Shown in pieces: positions 32,975 to 42,478 of a stretch of DNA of 62,284 nucleotides. The first letter of the stretch is position 1; the number at the start of each line of letters is the position of its first letter. Source of the DNA: a virus; IMG/VR virus record IMGVR_UViG_2919730853_000001, positions 1 to 62,284 of that record, one strand, 5' to 3'. Both the position numbers and the translations under genes were made by a program. Below the pieces are notes generated by a model. It did no database searches, was not told where the DNA came from, and was given only the letters and a program-made list of their open reading frames with translations.

Positions 32975-34221
32975 TTGAAGCAGAACTGCTTTCGAAAGTT
33001 ATAGACAACAATGAATTTTACACAATGAATAAGTACAACGTCACAGAAGCCGATTTTAGGACGTATCAGCACGTTTATCGTTACGTAAGGGAATATGTCT
33101 CGGAATACAACGAAACGCCCTCATATCGAAACGTCGTAGCTAAGTTTAAGGATTTTGACTACAAGCCGGAAGTAAACGACAACATTCGCTATCTTTGCCG
33201 TGAAATTAAAGCAAAGGCAACTAGACATGAATCAGTTAAACGACTAGCTAAAGTAAACGAGAACTTCAAAATGATGCATCCTGAAGAGTTTACAAAATGG
33301 CTGAAGGAAGAAGCTGAAGCACTAGAAGCTATTGCAAACTTTGGTGCATCTACAGTCACTAACTACGCTACTAACGGTACGGAACGTAAGGAATGGTATG
33401 TAGAGAGTAAAGAGAACCGTACACACAGTTACATTGCAACACCGTACCCTACTTTGACTAAGTGGCTTGGAGGTGGCTTTGAAGTAGGCGACTATATTTT
33501 ACTTCTTGCATATACCAATCGAGGAAAAAGCTGGTTAGGAAGTCACATTGGTAACAAGGCACATGAAGAGGGGTTCGGTGTTCTGCATTACAGTCCCGAA
33601 CTTTCAAAGAAGCAGCAAGTATTTAGAAACGATACTTTACGGGGGCACTTCGACAACGTTGCTATTCGTCGTGGGGAACTTAAAAACGAAGATCAGTACT
33701 ACGAATACCTTGACGAATTCAACGAAAACAAGGAAGTTCCTTACTACATCAAGACAATGGAAGACCTTCCGAAAGGCTTATCTACAGATGTAATTGAGGC
33801 AGATTTACAGGTTTATAAAGACGTGAAATTAATCATCATCGATGGCTTCAATTTGATGCAACATGAACGCATTGGACGTGATGGAATGTCTAGCACTTCA
33901 CGTAAACTTCGACAACTATTCGGACGTTATGGGGTTGCCGGTCTAGTAATTCACCAAACACCTACTGGTGCTGAAAAGGAACAGAAGGTAGACGAAGATG
34001 ATTTAGAGGTAGAAATTCCAGTACCACAAATTACAGATTACAGTGAAACAATTGCAGTTATTCAAGATGCTGCTACTGTACTTACATTCAATCAGAAGGA
34101 CGGTAGAGGACGGTTACATCTTGCGAAGTGCCGTGAACCAAACGTGGGTAAAATACTAGACTTGCGTTGTAACTTCAATTTAGGGTACATCACTGAAAGC
34201 ACAATCGTTGACCATTTTTAA
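32971..34221 (+). CDS. DnaB-like replicative helicase
   Basis: 416 aa. Walker A AYTNRGKS, Walker B LIIIDGFNLM. Overlaps the loader gene. Confidence 0.75.
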   Translation: MIEAELLSKVIDNNEFYTMNKYNVTEADFRTYQHVYRYVREYVSEYNETPSYRNVVAKFKDFDYKPEVNDNIRYLCREIKAKATRHESVKRLAKVNENFKMMHPEEFTKWLKEEAEALEAIANFGASTVTNYATNGTERKEWYVESKENRTHSYIATPYPTLTKWLGGGFEVGDYILLLAYTNRGKSWLGSHIGNKAHEEGFGVLHYSPELSKKQQVFRNDTLRGHFDNVAIRRGELKNEDQYYEYLDEFNENKEVPYYIKTMEDLPKGLSTDVIEADLQVYKDVKLIIIDGFNLMQHERIGRDGMSSTSRKLRQLFGRYGVAGLVIHQTPTGAEKEQKVDEDDLEVEIPVPQITDYSETIAVIQDAATVLTFNQKDGRGRLHLAKCREPNVGKILDLRCNFNLGYITESTIVDHF

Positions 34222-34285
34222 ACTAATGTTAGTACTAGTATCGGTATCGGTGCTAGTACTCAATTTAATACTAGGAGGGAAACTA

Positions 34286-34492
34286 ATGTCAGAGTTGGCA
34301 AAATTACAAGCAAAACTATTTAATCGTATTGGAATGAAAGTACTTCACGGAACTAAAAGAGGAATGATGTGTACATTCAATGTAGAACAGAAGGGCGAAG
34401 GATTGACAGTAAGCTATCTAGTCGATTTTGAAGACCATTATGAGTGGGTGAATGAATCGGAACTAGTTTTCATTAAGGGCACAGAAATATGA
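34286..34492 (+). CDS. Hypothetical protein (68 aa)
   Basis: RBS TAGGAGGGA precedes the ATG at 34286. The longer track ORF starts inside the helicase gene. Confidence 0.5.
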   Translation: MSELAKLQAKLFNRIGMKVLHGTKRGMMCTFNVEQKGEGLTVSYLVDFEDHYEWVNESELVFIKGTEI

Positions 34493-35445
34493 TTACTATT
34501 GTTCGTAATGGAATAAGCCATGAATTAGAGGTAGACGTTCTTGAAGAATTGCAACCTTTTGATTGGAGTAGGGGAAGAGTAAGGGTGGAGGAATTCACCG
34601 CCTGTTCTCCTTTTCGTGATGAAAGTTCACCTTCATTTTCAATCAATTTGATTTCCGGTCAATGGATAGATTTCGGGTCTAGTGACCATTACAGTAAAGG
34701 AAATCTTGTGACACTGCTATCTTACTTACATAATGATACACCGACAGAGGTAGAAACATATCTCCTTGAAAAATACGGTATTGATTTTATGGACACGGAT
34801 AGCTTGGAATTGAACTTCAATTTGTCACTGGAAGACCAAGTGGAAAAGAAGATCATAACACTGGAAGACTATAAACAATATAGTTACCGTCATAATTATT
34901 TGAATGGACGGGGCATTAATGAGAAGGTACAACGGGCATTTAAAATAGGGTACGACAAAAAAGGCAAAGCTATTGCTATTCCTTGGTTCGATAAAGACGG
35001 GAATATCATTAATGTAAAGTTTCGTTCTGTCAGTACAAAACGCTTTTACTATTTTCCGACAGGACAAGCTATAAAAAATCACCTGTATGGAATGCACTTT
35101 GTATTCAAGCTGAATCTAAAGAGGGTATTCATAGTAGAAAGTGAAATCGATGCTTTATATTTATGGAGTTGTGGCTTTCCTGCTATCGCCTTGGGTGGTT
35201 CAAATATAAGTGCGGCCCAGCAGCAATTAATCTTACGTTCACCGATTACTGATTTAGTTATCGCCACGGATAACGATGCAGTAGGAAGACAAATAAGAGA
35301 ACGCATCATAAGTAATTTCGTGGGCTACACAGAATTACATGATTTAAACCTGCCCCCAAACGTTAAAGACGTGAATGAACTTTCCCCGACACGCCTTACA
35401 GCTTTAGCAAAAAATACTAACGAAGTTAATATTAAGATAATATAG
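34489..35445 (+). CDS. DNA primase (TOPRIM, DnaG-like)
   Basis: IVESEIDALYLW..ALGGSN and ATDNDAVGRQ TOPRIM motifs. N-terminal CSPFRDESSPSFS-type segment. Confidence 0.75.
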   Translation: MITIVRNGISHELEVDVLEELQPFDWSRGRVRVEEFTACSPFRDESSPSFSINLISGQWIDFGSSDHYSKGNLVTLLSYLHNDTPTEVETYLLEKYGIDFMDTDSLELNFNLSLEDQVEKKIITLEDYKQYSYRHNYLNGRGINEKVQRAFKIGYDKKGKAIAIPWFDKDGNIINVKFRSVSTKRFYYFPTGQAIKNHLYGMHFVFKLNLKRVFIVESEIDALYLWSCGFPAIALGGSNISAAQQQLILRSPITDLVIATDNDAVGRQIRERIISNFVGYTELHDLNLPPNVKDVNELSPTRLTALAKNTNEVNIKII

Positions 35446-35447
35446 AA

Positions 35448-35479
35448 AACCCTGTCCGGTACATTGGACAGGGTTTTTT
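35448..35479 (+). terminator. Rho-independent terminator
   Basis: Perfect 10-bp stem AACCCTGTCC/GGACAGGGTT followed by a T-run. Confidence 0.85.
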
Positions 35480-35533
35480 ACCATATATACTAGTGCTAAA
35501 TAATCAATTTTGTTCATGGAAAATTCACACGTA

Positions 35534-35650
35534 AGAGGTCAGACCTCTAACAACGTGATAACCATGCGGTCTTTCGCTATCGACGAAATTGTTTATACAA
35601 TTTATCTAGCAAATCTTGGCATTGATTCGTGATATACACGATAGCGAAAG
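35534..35650. other. Structured non-coding segment: 15-nt palindrome AGAGGTCAGACCTCT plus a 12-bp long-range inverted repeat
   Basis: CTTTCGCTATCG at 35571-35582 pairs with CGATAGCGAAAG at 35639-35650. A nested hairpin AAATTGT/ACAATTT lies between them. Confidence 0.6.
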
Positions 35651-36016
35651 TATTGTATGATATACGTACGGCTTAGTGAGGTACACGGCAATGTACTTTT
35701 TCACTATTATTAAACACAAAATAACACAAAGTATACATATGGCATTCTTGCGTATCGCAGGGGTATAGATAGGTCGGCAAACTTCTCTATATCACTGTAC
35801 GCTTATTCGGCATTCTTAAAACTTTAAAAATCGTTTCAAGCTATTCAAGGGGATTTTTCTGCCCTTTTATAGTTTTATAGCCCCCGTCTGTCCTTTTTAC
35901 CGAACATTCGTTCGTAAAAAATAAGAACAGGTACGGTTTATTTGTCATGCCTTCTTTTAGTTTATACCCAAAGAAAGATGATTGAAACCTTTTTTTAAAA
36001 CTTTTTTTAAATTCCG

Positions 36017-36044
36017 TGTCCCAAAGCTAGGTCGTTTTGCAAGT
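36017..36044 (+). promoter_or_regulatory. Bipartite motif TGTCCC-N16-GCAAGT (copy 5)
   Basis: Exact motif upstream of 36092. Confidence 0.55.
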
Positions 36045-36091
36045 TACCACATGTATACGAAACAAAACAGACCTGAAGGTGGAATTTAAAA

Positions 36092-36838
36092 ATGAAAACT
36101 TACTATGAAATCGTTGGAACTAAAACTTATCGTCAATTAACTCTTGTTGAGAAAGAAGCTATTCAAGATCGTCAAACTGAATTAGTTCAGCTATGGCAAG
36201 ATGAATCACTTCCTGAAAAACAAGAATTAATCTTCGATGAACTTTACGATTCGTTTAAAGGACTAGTTAAGGCAATGGCTTACAAGAAGTCAGAACAAAG
36301 TTACACAGTAGATATGGATGATTTTGAAGGGCTAATTAATTTAACTCTTGTTGAATCACTACTATCTTTTGACCGAACTTTGAACAAGCCTTTCCAACCT
36401 GTATTCATTATGAATGTTAACAACGCTGTGAAAATGATGTATCGCCAAAAAGGTTATGACCTACACGATACAACTTATTCAAGTGCGAAGCAACGACTAG
36501 ATGCTGATGGGGGTCTACTATCAGATGGTTCTAAAGTAGATGTTTCCGAAAAGCAATTATCGTCGCAAGCGACTTTAACAGTTACTTCACAAGTGGACTT
36601 CACAATGGAAGTTGAACACTCGATGGTGACAGAGAAAATTCTATCGGGTCTCTTTGGCATGGACGAAATTAAGAAAACTATCGTTCACATGCATCTACAG
36701 GGCTTTAAACGTAATGAAATTGTTTCAGCGATTGCAGAGGAAGGTAAGTCTTCAGATTCCCTAGCAAAGAAGGTTAATAGAACCTTATCGAAATTTAAGG
36801 ATGCTTACGCTTTAGTGCATGAAAGTGCAATGGCGTAA
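36092..36838 (+). CDS. Sigma-70-family-like transcription factor (region 2-like and region 4-like segments)
   Basis: 248 aa. DDFEGLINLTLVESLLSF..VNNAVKMMYRQ, and a C-terminal HTH-like segment LQGFKRNEIVSAIAEEGKSSDSLAKKVNRTLSKF. Confidence 0.45.
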   Translation: MKTYYEIVGTKTYRQLTLVEKEAIQDRQTELVQLWQDESLPEKQELIFDELYDSFKGLVKAMAYKKSEQSYTVDMDDFEGLINLTLVESLLSFDRTLNKPFQPVFIMNVNNAVKMMYRQKGYDLHDTTYSSAKQRLDADGGLLSDGSKVDVSEKQLSSQATLTVTSQVDFTMEVEHSMVTEKILSGLFGMDEIKKTIVHMHLQGFKRNEIVSAIAEEGKSSDSLAKKVNRTLSKFKDAYALVHESAMA

Positions 36839-37028
36839 GTCACCCTGCATCACTTTACCTGACTTATGTAATATTAGCATGTATTTCCTCCTGTTCCAAG
36901 AGAACGCTTGTTCTGAAATAGACTTTTTTTACTATTAATTTGAAATTTTTGTATTGACCGATGGCATTAAGTCGAAAAACTGCTGACCTAAATTAATAGC
37001 TTAGAAAGCTTCAGGAGGAAAATACATT

Positions 37029-37715
37029 ATGACATTATTTACAGCAACAGGTGAAGAGGCAAAAAAATCAGCTTCAGCAAAGAACGTAGACCTTAAAACG
37101 GCTTACATTCGTCTGAAGGAAAATGAAGCAGTACGAGTACGAGTGTTGGGCTTAACTGATTACGTCGAATATCGTTCTCATGGAAACTATAACCTTGGCA
37201 TTTACAACCAACCATGCCGTGTGCCACTAGACGGAGAACTTGATCCCCTATGTGTCGCTGCTAAATCAGGCATCGAAGGTTTTGACCAATTAGTAGCTAA
37301 GAAACGTTATATTTTCGCACTTTACGATATTGATAAAAAAATGGTGCGTTTCTGGGACGCTTCAAAAAATCAGGCTACGAAGATGATTGCTGACATTGAA
37401 GAATACGCTGATAGCCTAGATGAAATCGCTTTCAACTTTAAGCGAACTGGAACAAAAACAGATACAGTTTACTCATTAAACCCAATCTTAAAACTAGATG
37501 CTTCAGGCAAAGAAGGCTTCGAAGCTGGTGCAGAAGAGAAGGTAGAATTAAGTCACTTTGAATCTGTATTAATTCCACGTACTGTAGAACAACAAATCGA
37601 AGCATTACGTCAAGCTGGTTTTCCAGTAGACGAGTACTTTGACGTTACGGGTAAAGAAGTTTCTGACGAAGAACTAGACTTAGAAGCTGACGAAAACCCA
37701 ATGGAAAACTTTTAA
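37029..37715 (+). CDS. Putative ssDNA-binding protein
   Basis: 228 aa between the regulator and polymerase genes. The acidic C-terminal tail ends in aromatic F (..DEELDLEADENPMENF). Confidence 0.45.
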   Translation: MTLFTATGEEAKKSASAKNVDLKTAYIRLKENEAVRVRVLGLTDYVEYRSHGNYNLGIYNQPCRVPLDGELDPLCVAAKSGIEGFDQLVAKKRYIFALYDIDKKMVRFWDASKNQATKMIADIEEYADSLDEIAFNFKRTGTKTDTVYSLNPILKLDASGKEGFEAGAEEKVELSHFESVLIPRTVEQQIEALRQAGFPVDEYFDVTGKEVSDEELDLEADENPMENF

Positions 37716-37801
37716 TTAATCGGGGGTTAATAGCCCCCACCTTTAACTTTAATACTAACTTTAATACTAAATATATTACTTATTAAATGGAGGAAACAAA
37801 C

Positions 37802-38125
37802 ATGTTAACAGGATTCGGAATTGGTTCAGGCATGAAAGCAGCACGTACAGGAGACCAAATCGATGCACAAGTAACTGCTGCACGTGGCTTACTTAACCAA
37901 GCATTAACAGCTTCAAATAACTTTGACAACATTGAAATGCAAATGCAACAAATTTCACAGATGCTAGGTCAAGTACAAGACCCTTCTATGCAAATGTTAG
38001 CTATGCAATTCCAAATGTTACAACAAAACATCGATGCTACACAGAAGCAAATTCAAGGGGCTTTAGGTCAACTATCTCCTATCATGCAAGAAATCGACAA
38101 CCTGACGAATAAAATCCAAGCATAA
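37802..38125 (+). CDS. Gln/Met-rich coiled-coil protein
   Basis: RBS GGAGGA precedes the ATG at 37802. Contains MQMQQISQMLGQVQDPSMQMLAMQFQMLQQ. Confidence 0.55.
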   Translation: MLTGFGIGSGMKAARTGDQIDAQVTAARGLLNQALTASNNFDNIEMQMQQISQMLGQVQDPSMQMLAMQFQMLQQNIDATQKQIQGALGQLSPIMQEIDNLTNKIQA

Positions 38126-38148
38126 TTAAATAACTCATTCAGCTTAAA

Positions 38149-38184
38149 AGGACATACCAAAAAACGGTGTGTCCTTTTTCTTTT
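38149..38184 (+). terminator. Rho-independent terminator whose 3' arm overlaps the next promoter box
   Basis: Stem AGGACATA/TGTGTCCT followed by a T-run. Confidence 0.6.
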
Positions 38185-38197
38185 CTAAATCGCAAGT
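38170..38197 (+). promoter_or_regulatory. Bipartite motif TGTCCT-N16-GCAAGT (copy 6)
   Basis: Exact motif upstream of the polymerase gene. Confidence 0.55.
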
Positions 38198-38218
38198 GTT
38201 CCCATGAGGTGAAGACAT

Positions 38219-40519
38219 ATGGAACTAAATTTCAATTTAGAAATGTTCGATGAAGAGAAAGAAAAGATTGCACGTGTTAAAGAAGCAGAAAGAAAGAAGG
38301 CACTTAAAGAATACCAACCTACTGATGATGAATTATGGTACACGGGATATGACACTCATACGGGTAGACGAAAAGCTGGTATCTTTCAAACAAAGATTTC
38401 TGACGCTGATCTACGCAAGCTGGAAGCAGTAAAGCAAGCTATCGATAGTGGAGAACTTGGCAAGGGCGTAGACGATATGAAGAAGTTTACTAAATCACAC
38501 GCCCTACGATTATACCAAGTCCTTTTAAAAATCCGTCGTGAATCAATGATTAAACACATGATTGAAACGAAACCGGATAACTACATTTTAGTTCAAACCC
38601 CTGGGCAATTAACAAAGGTATGTTCTCAACTAGATAGAGAAGCACGGGCACGTGGAATTATCAGCTTAGATACTGAGACAACCGGTTTAAATATCCACGG
38701 TATCGGTGGAGAGGAATATTCGAAAATTGTAGGGTTCGTTATCACTATTCCATCTTACGATGTTAATTATTATATTCCTTTCGGTCACATCACAGGTGAA
38801 ATGATGTTACCGGAACACATTGTAGTACCAGCATTGAAACCATTTCTTGAAGCTGAAGGGCTAAAGAAGGTCTTGCATAATGCAAAATATGACATTCATA
38901 TGATGCGAAATCATGGTATCGAAATGGGAGGATTTTACTTCGACACGATGGTTGCTATGTCGCTGCTAAATGAAAATGAAATGTCATTCGCTTTGAAAAA
39001 TCTTGCTAATAGATATGGACGTTTCTTTGGTTATGAAGATAGCAGCAGTACTTATGAAGAGTTGTTCGGCAAGGGTGGATTCGAGGGCACACCGTTAGAT
39101 ATCGGAACGGTCTACGCTTGTAAAGATGGTCATTTAACTTGGATGTTTTATCAATTTATTATGGAACAGTTTGAGAAACAGCCTGAATTAAAGGACTACT
39201 ATTTCAACATAGAACAACCTATTACGCTAGTGTCTTGTGAAATGGAAAAGAACGGTTTCCTCATTGATATGGATTATGCGGAGAAATACGCTGATGAATT
39301 ACAAAAGGACGTAGACAAGCTAGAAGAGGAATTGAAGAAATACTTCGGAGACATTAACGTGAATTCTCCAAAACAATTATCTGAAACTCTTTACGATAAG
39401 TTGGGACTTCCTGACCTATCCAAGAAAAGATCAACGGACGCAAACACGCTGAAGAAGCTTGCTAGAGAAAACGAAGGTTGTAAAGTCCTTCTTGAATACA
39501 GGGATTTAAACAAACTTCTTTCTACTTATGTAATTCCACTACCACAGAAGGTAGATAAGAACGGACGTTTACATGGTCAATTTAAACAGAGTGGAACGGT
39601 TACGGGGCGTTTTTCAAGTTCAGAACCTAACTTACAGAACCTACCGAAAAAGGCTAGAAAGTTAATCAAAGCTGGTGACGGTAAATTAATCATCGGTATT
39701 GACTTCTCACAAATTGAACCACGTGTATTAGCAAGTATGAGTAAAGATGAAGTCTTTAAAGTTCCTTATGCTACTGGACAAGACTTGTATTCTTCAATCG
39801 GTTCACGTGTATTTAACAAGCCTTTAGAAGAGTGCGGAGACGGTTCACCGGAACGAAAAGCCTCAAAAGTTATTCTCCTTGGAGTAATGTATGGCATGTC
39901 ACCAAAAGCACTTGCAGATATGTTGAAAATTCCACAATACGAGGCAGAGTCATTTATTACAGACTTCTTTAATTCGTATGACGGTGTTAGTGACTTTGTT
40001 GCATTACAAAGCAAGTTAGCAGATAGACAAGGATTCGTTAAAACGTTGTTCGGACGTAAACGCAGATTCATCGGGCATCAACAAGTAGCTGAAGCTTATT
40101 ACAGAATGTGTACAAAGATTGAGGCTAAATATGGTGAAGTACCTACTGACATATGGGGTTCAGATATGGACTACAAAGATAAGGCAAGTTTTTGGAAGGT
40201 TGCTAAACCGTATGGAGTAGTAAAACGTCAATCAGTAAATGCAGTGATCCAGGGGACTGCTGCTGAAATTATGAAAATCGCAATGATTAAGTTATGGAGA
40301 CATTGTTTAAAGATGGGCTATAAAATGCTGGCGACGGTGCATGACGAAATCTTAATCGAAGTTCCTGAGAACATCACATTAGAAGAGGTTAACGCATTGG
40401 AAGAAATCATGTGTAATGCAGTTTCTTTAGATGGTGTTCCCATCAAAGTAGATACAGCAATGATGAAAGTATGGGGAGAAGAAACAGGAAAAAATGAATG
40501 GTTTAAGGAGGCAGTATAA
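38219..40519 (+). CDS. polA: Family A DNA polymerase with a 3'-5' exonuclease domain
   Basis: SLDTETTGL (Exo I), HNAKYD, DFSQIEPRVLA (motif A), RKASKVILLGVMYGMS (B), VHDEILIE (C). Confidence 0.9.
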   Translation: MELNFNLEMFDEEKEKIARVKEAERKKALKEYQPTDDELWYTGYDTHTGRRKAGIFQTKISDADLRKLEAVKQAIDSGELGKGVDDMKKFTKSHALRLYQVLLKIRRESMIKHMIETKPDNYILVQTPGQLTKVCSQLDREARARGIISLDTETTGLNIHGIGGEEYSKIVGFVITIPSYDVNYYIPFGHITGEMMLPEHIVVPALKPFLEAEGLKKVLHNAKYDIHMMRNHGIEMGGFYFDTMVAMSLLNENEMSFALKNLANRYGRFFGYEDSSSTYEELFGKGGFEGTPLDIGTVYACKDGHLTWMFYQFIMEQFEKQPELKDYYFNIEQPITLVSCEMEKNGFLIDMDYAEKYADELQKDVDKLEEELKKYFGDINVNSPKQLSETLYDKLGLPDLSKKRSTDANTLKKLARENEGCKVLLEYRDLNKLLSTYVIPLPQKVDKNGRLHGQFKQSGTVTGRFSSSEPNLQNLPKKARKLIKAGDGKLIIGIDFSQIEPRVLASMSKDEVFKVPYATGQDLYSSIGSRVFNKPLEECGDGSPERKASKVILLGVMYGMSPKALADMLKIPQYEAESFITDFFNSYDGVSDFVALQSKLADRQGFVKTLFGRKRRFIGHQQVAEAYYRMCTKIEAKYGEVPTDIWGSDMDYKDKASFWKVAKPYGVVKRQSVNAVIQGTAAEIMKIAMIKLWRHCLKMGYKMLATVHDEILIEVPENITLEEVNALEEIMCNAVSLDGVPIKVDTAMMKVWGEETGKNEWFKEAV

Positions 40520-41416
40520 ATGAGTTTAGTTTCAAAACCGACTGACCTACGGGACAGGGTTTTAAATAAGAAGAAAAGTGAGAAGCGTGGAGATAAACTT
40601 GTCCACGCTTTTTCTGAACATATAAATGCAATTAACAGTATCGATTATTTTAATGTCCTATCGGTGGAAGAGTTACTATTGAAGGAACATGCTTTCATGA
40701 TTGAGAAATTAAAATCACGTCCAAACTTCCCAAAAGGCTTAACAAGGTTCTCGCCTTCTAGTGCGGCCAAATGCGAACGGGAGTTATTTTTCAAGGCTAT
40801 TAAGGCAGAACAAGACGAAAAAACGGGGCATCCTTTTCAGCGACGTTGGACTAGAAATAGTACCGCAGTACACGGTGCAGTACAGAAACAGCTATTAGAA
40901 GCTGAAGTATTATTAGACAAGCCAAAATTTAGAGTGATGCGTCTTGCGAATGACCTTCCAGCATGGGAAAAGAACATCGAAAAAACAAAGATCATAAAGC
41001 ACGGGGGCGTGGAATTCTGTATCTTTGGAATGTGCGATGGTGTTCTGGAATATGAAGACGGTACTAAAATTGGATTCGAATTTAAGACGAAGAGTAATAG
41101 TGTAGCCCAAATTAAACAGGTGAAAGATATTAAACAGTATCAGCACCAGCTAACAGCATATTCTATTTTGTTCGGTATCAATGAATGGTTAGTAATGGTT
41201 GAGGCGGTAGCAAAAGATAAGTGGTCAACTGGCAGCATTGCAAGGGATGATTTTAAACTCTTCTATCATAAGGTATCTGAAGCAGACAGAAAGGCACTAC
41301 TAGATAAATGGGCTAGAGTTGCTATGAATGTGCAGGATGGAGAGATTAGCAAACCCGAATACAGTAAATGCCTTTTCTGCCCCTTCAAAGGAATTTGTCA
41401 AGAGGTGGGATTGTGA
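40520..41416 (+). CDS. PD-(D/E)xK exonuclease, Cas4/RecB-like with a Cys cluster
   Basis: MCDGVLEYEDGTKIGFEFKTK core. Cys at AAKCERE plus the C-terminal CLFCPFKGIC. Confidence 0.65.
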   Translation: MSLVSKPTDLRDRVLNKKKSEKRGDKLVHAFSEHINAINSIDYFNVLSVEELLLKEHAFMIEKLKSRPNFPKGLTRFSPSSAAKCERELFFKAIKAEQDEKTGHPFQRRWTRNSTAVHGAVQKQLLEAEVLLDKPKFRVMRLANDLPAWEKNIEKTKIIKHGGVEFCIFGMCDGVLEYEDGTKIGFEFKTKSNSVAQIKQVKDIKQYQHQLTAYSILFGINEWLVMVEAVAKDKWSTGSIARDDFKLFYHKVSEADRKALLDKWARVAMNVQDGEISKPEYSKCLFCPFKGICQEVGL

Positions 41417-41892
41417 GTAAGATTATACTTTCACTAGACCTCTCTTTGGCGTGTCCAGCCTTTGCAGTCCTAAAAGTAACCGATGGAAAAGTCAAGGTGA
41501 TTGAAGTTTCCCATGTGAAAACGAAAGCCAAGGATTCGACTGGACAACGCCTTTTCATTATTGCCAATCATCTGCAAGATATACTAGATAGATATGAATT
41601 CGATGCATATGTAATGGAAAAAGGTTTCAGCAAATTTCCAGTAGCTACCCAACAACTACAAAGAGTAGTAGGAGTTACACTTGTTACCCTATACCGAAAT
41701 GGTGTTATAAATGTAGGCGAATTATCTCCTACTACAGTAAAGAAAGGTATCACAGGTTCAGGTAAAGCAAGTAAAGAGGAATTAGCAACTTGTCTACATG
41801 ATTATGTAGGAGACGTTAAATATAAAACTGATGATGAATCAGATGCGGTGGGCGTAGGTATCGCCTTTGCAAAATCTAAAGGGTGGATTTAA
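41413..41892 (+). CDS. RuvC-like Holliday junction resolvase
   Basis: GTG at 41413 overlaps the upstream stop. IILSLDLS, YVMEKGF and DESDAVGVG carry the acidic catalytic residues. Confidence 0.6.
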   Translation: MSKIILSLDLSLACPAFAVLKVTDGKVKVIEVSHVKTKAKDSTGQRLFIIANHLQDILDRYEFDAYVMEKGFSKFPVATQQLQRVVGVTLVTLYRNGVINVGELSPTTVKKGITGSGKASKEELATCLHDYVGDVKYKTDDESDAVGVGIAFAKSKGWI

Positions 41893-41907
41893 TTCCACTC
41901 TTTTTTT
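41883..41907 (+). terminator. Rho-independent terminator
   Basis: Stem GTGGA/TCCAC followed by a T7 run. Confidence 0.6.
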
Positions 41908-41915
41908 ATTTTACC

Positions 41916-41943
41916 TGTCCTAAAGTTTCAGGTACTTGCAAGT
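41916..41943 (+). promoter_or_regulatory. Bipartite motif TGTCCT-N16-GCAAGT (copy 7)
   Basis: Exact motif. Confidence 0.55.
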
Positions 41944-41988
41944 GTCCACATGTAACGACCAATAACTTATAAAAAGGTGGAAATAAAA

Positions 41989-42366
41989 ATGACAGGTTTA
42001 ACTAAAAAATTAGAAGTAAATAAAGATGTAAAATTAGCACTGGATTCTGTAGCAGATTCTTCTTCATGGACAAAAGGCGAAATCATCCAAAAATCAATTG
42101 AAAAAACATGGACAACGCCACTAAGAAAACCATTAAACGAAATGAAGCTAGACGACCTTATTCAAGCACTTTATGACGGGTATGTTCGAAAAGACATTAT
42201 CATGCAAACTGGTTCACGTCCTAACCAAGAAAAGTTAGATGAACTAGTAACTTCTTATAATAAACATAAGATGGCACAGTCATATACTTACGAGGACGGA
42301 ATTTCTGACGGCATCCAATTCGCCCTTTCAAAACTGAATATTAACATTGAAGGAATTAACCTTTAA
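41989..42366 (+). CDS. Hypothetical protein (125 aa)
   Basis: RBS AAAGGTGGAAA precedes the ATG at 41989. Confidence 0.6.
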   Translation: MTGLTKKLEVNKDVKLALDSVADSSSWTKGEIIQKSIEKTWTTPLRKPLNEMKLDDLIQALYDGYVRKDIIMQTGSRPNQEKLDELVTSYNKHKMAQSYTYEDGISDGIQFALSKLNINIEGINL

Positions 42367-42376
42367 TAATTACCAA

Positions 42377-42406
42377 GGGACTAGTCAAACGGCTGGTCTC
42401 TTTTTT
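42377..42406 (+). terminator. Rho-independent terminator
   Basis: 10-bp stem (with G.U pairs) followed by a T6 run. Confidence 0.6.
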
Positions 42407-42416
42407 ATTTTTTCCT

Positions 42417-42444
42417 TGTCCTAAAGAAGATCCATTCTGCAAGT
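42417..42444 (+). promoter_or_regulatory. Bipartite motif TGTCCT-N16-GCAAGT (copy 8)
   Basis: Exact motif. Confidence 0.55.
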
Positions 42445-42478
42445 TACAAACTGAGAACAGAATAAGGAGGAAAACAAA

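Noticed and set aside
38219-40519. Checked polA, the helicase gene and the primase gene for further introns or inteins, given the terL intron
   Set aside because: All three read as uninterrupted ORFs with their motifs in the normal order and spacing. No extra insertions are visible.
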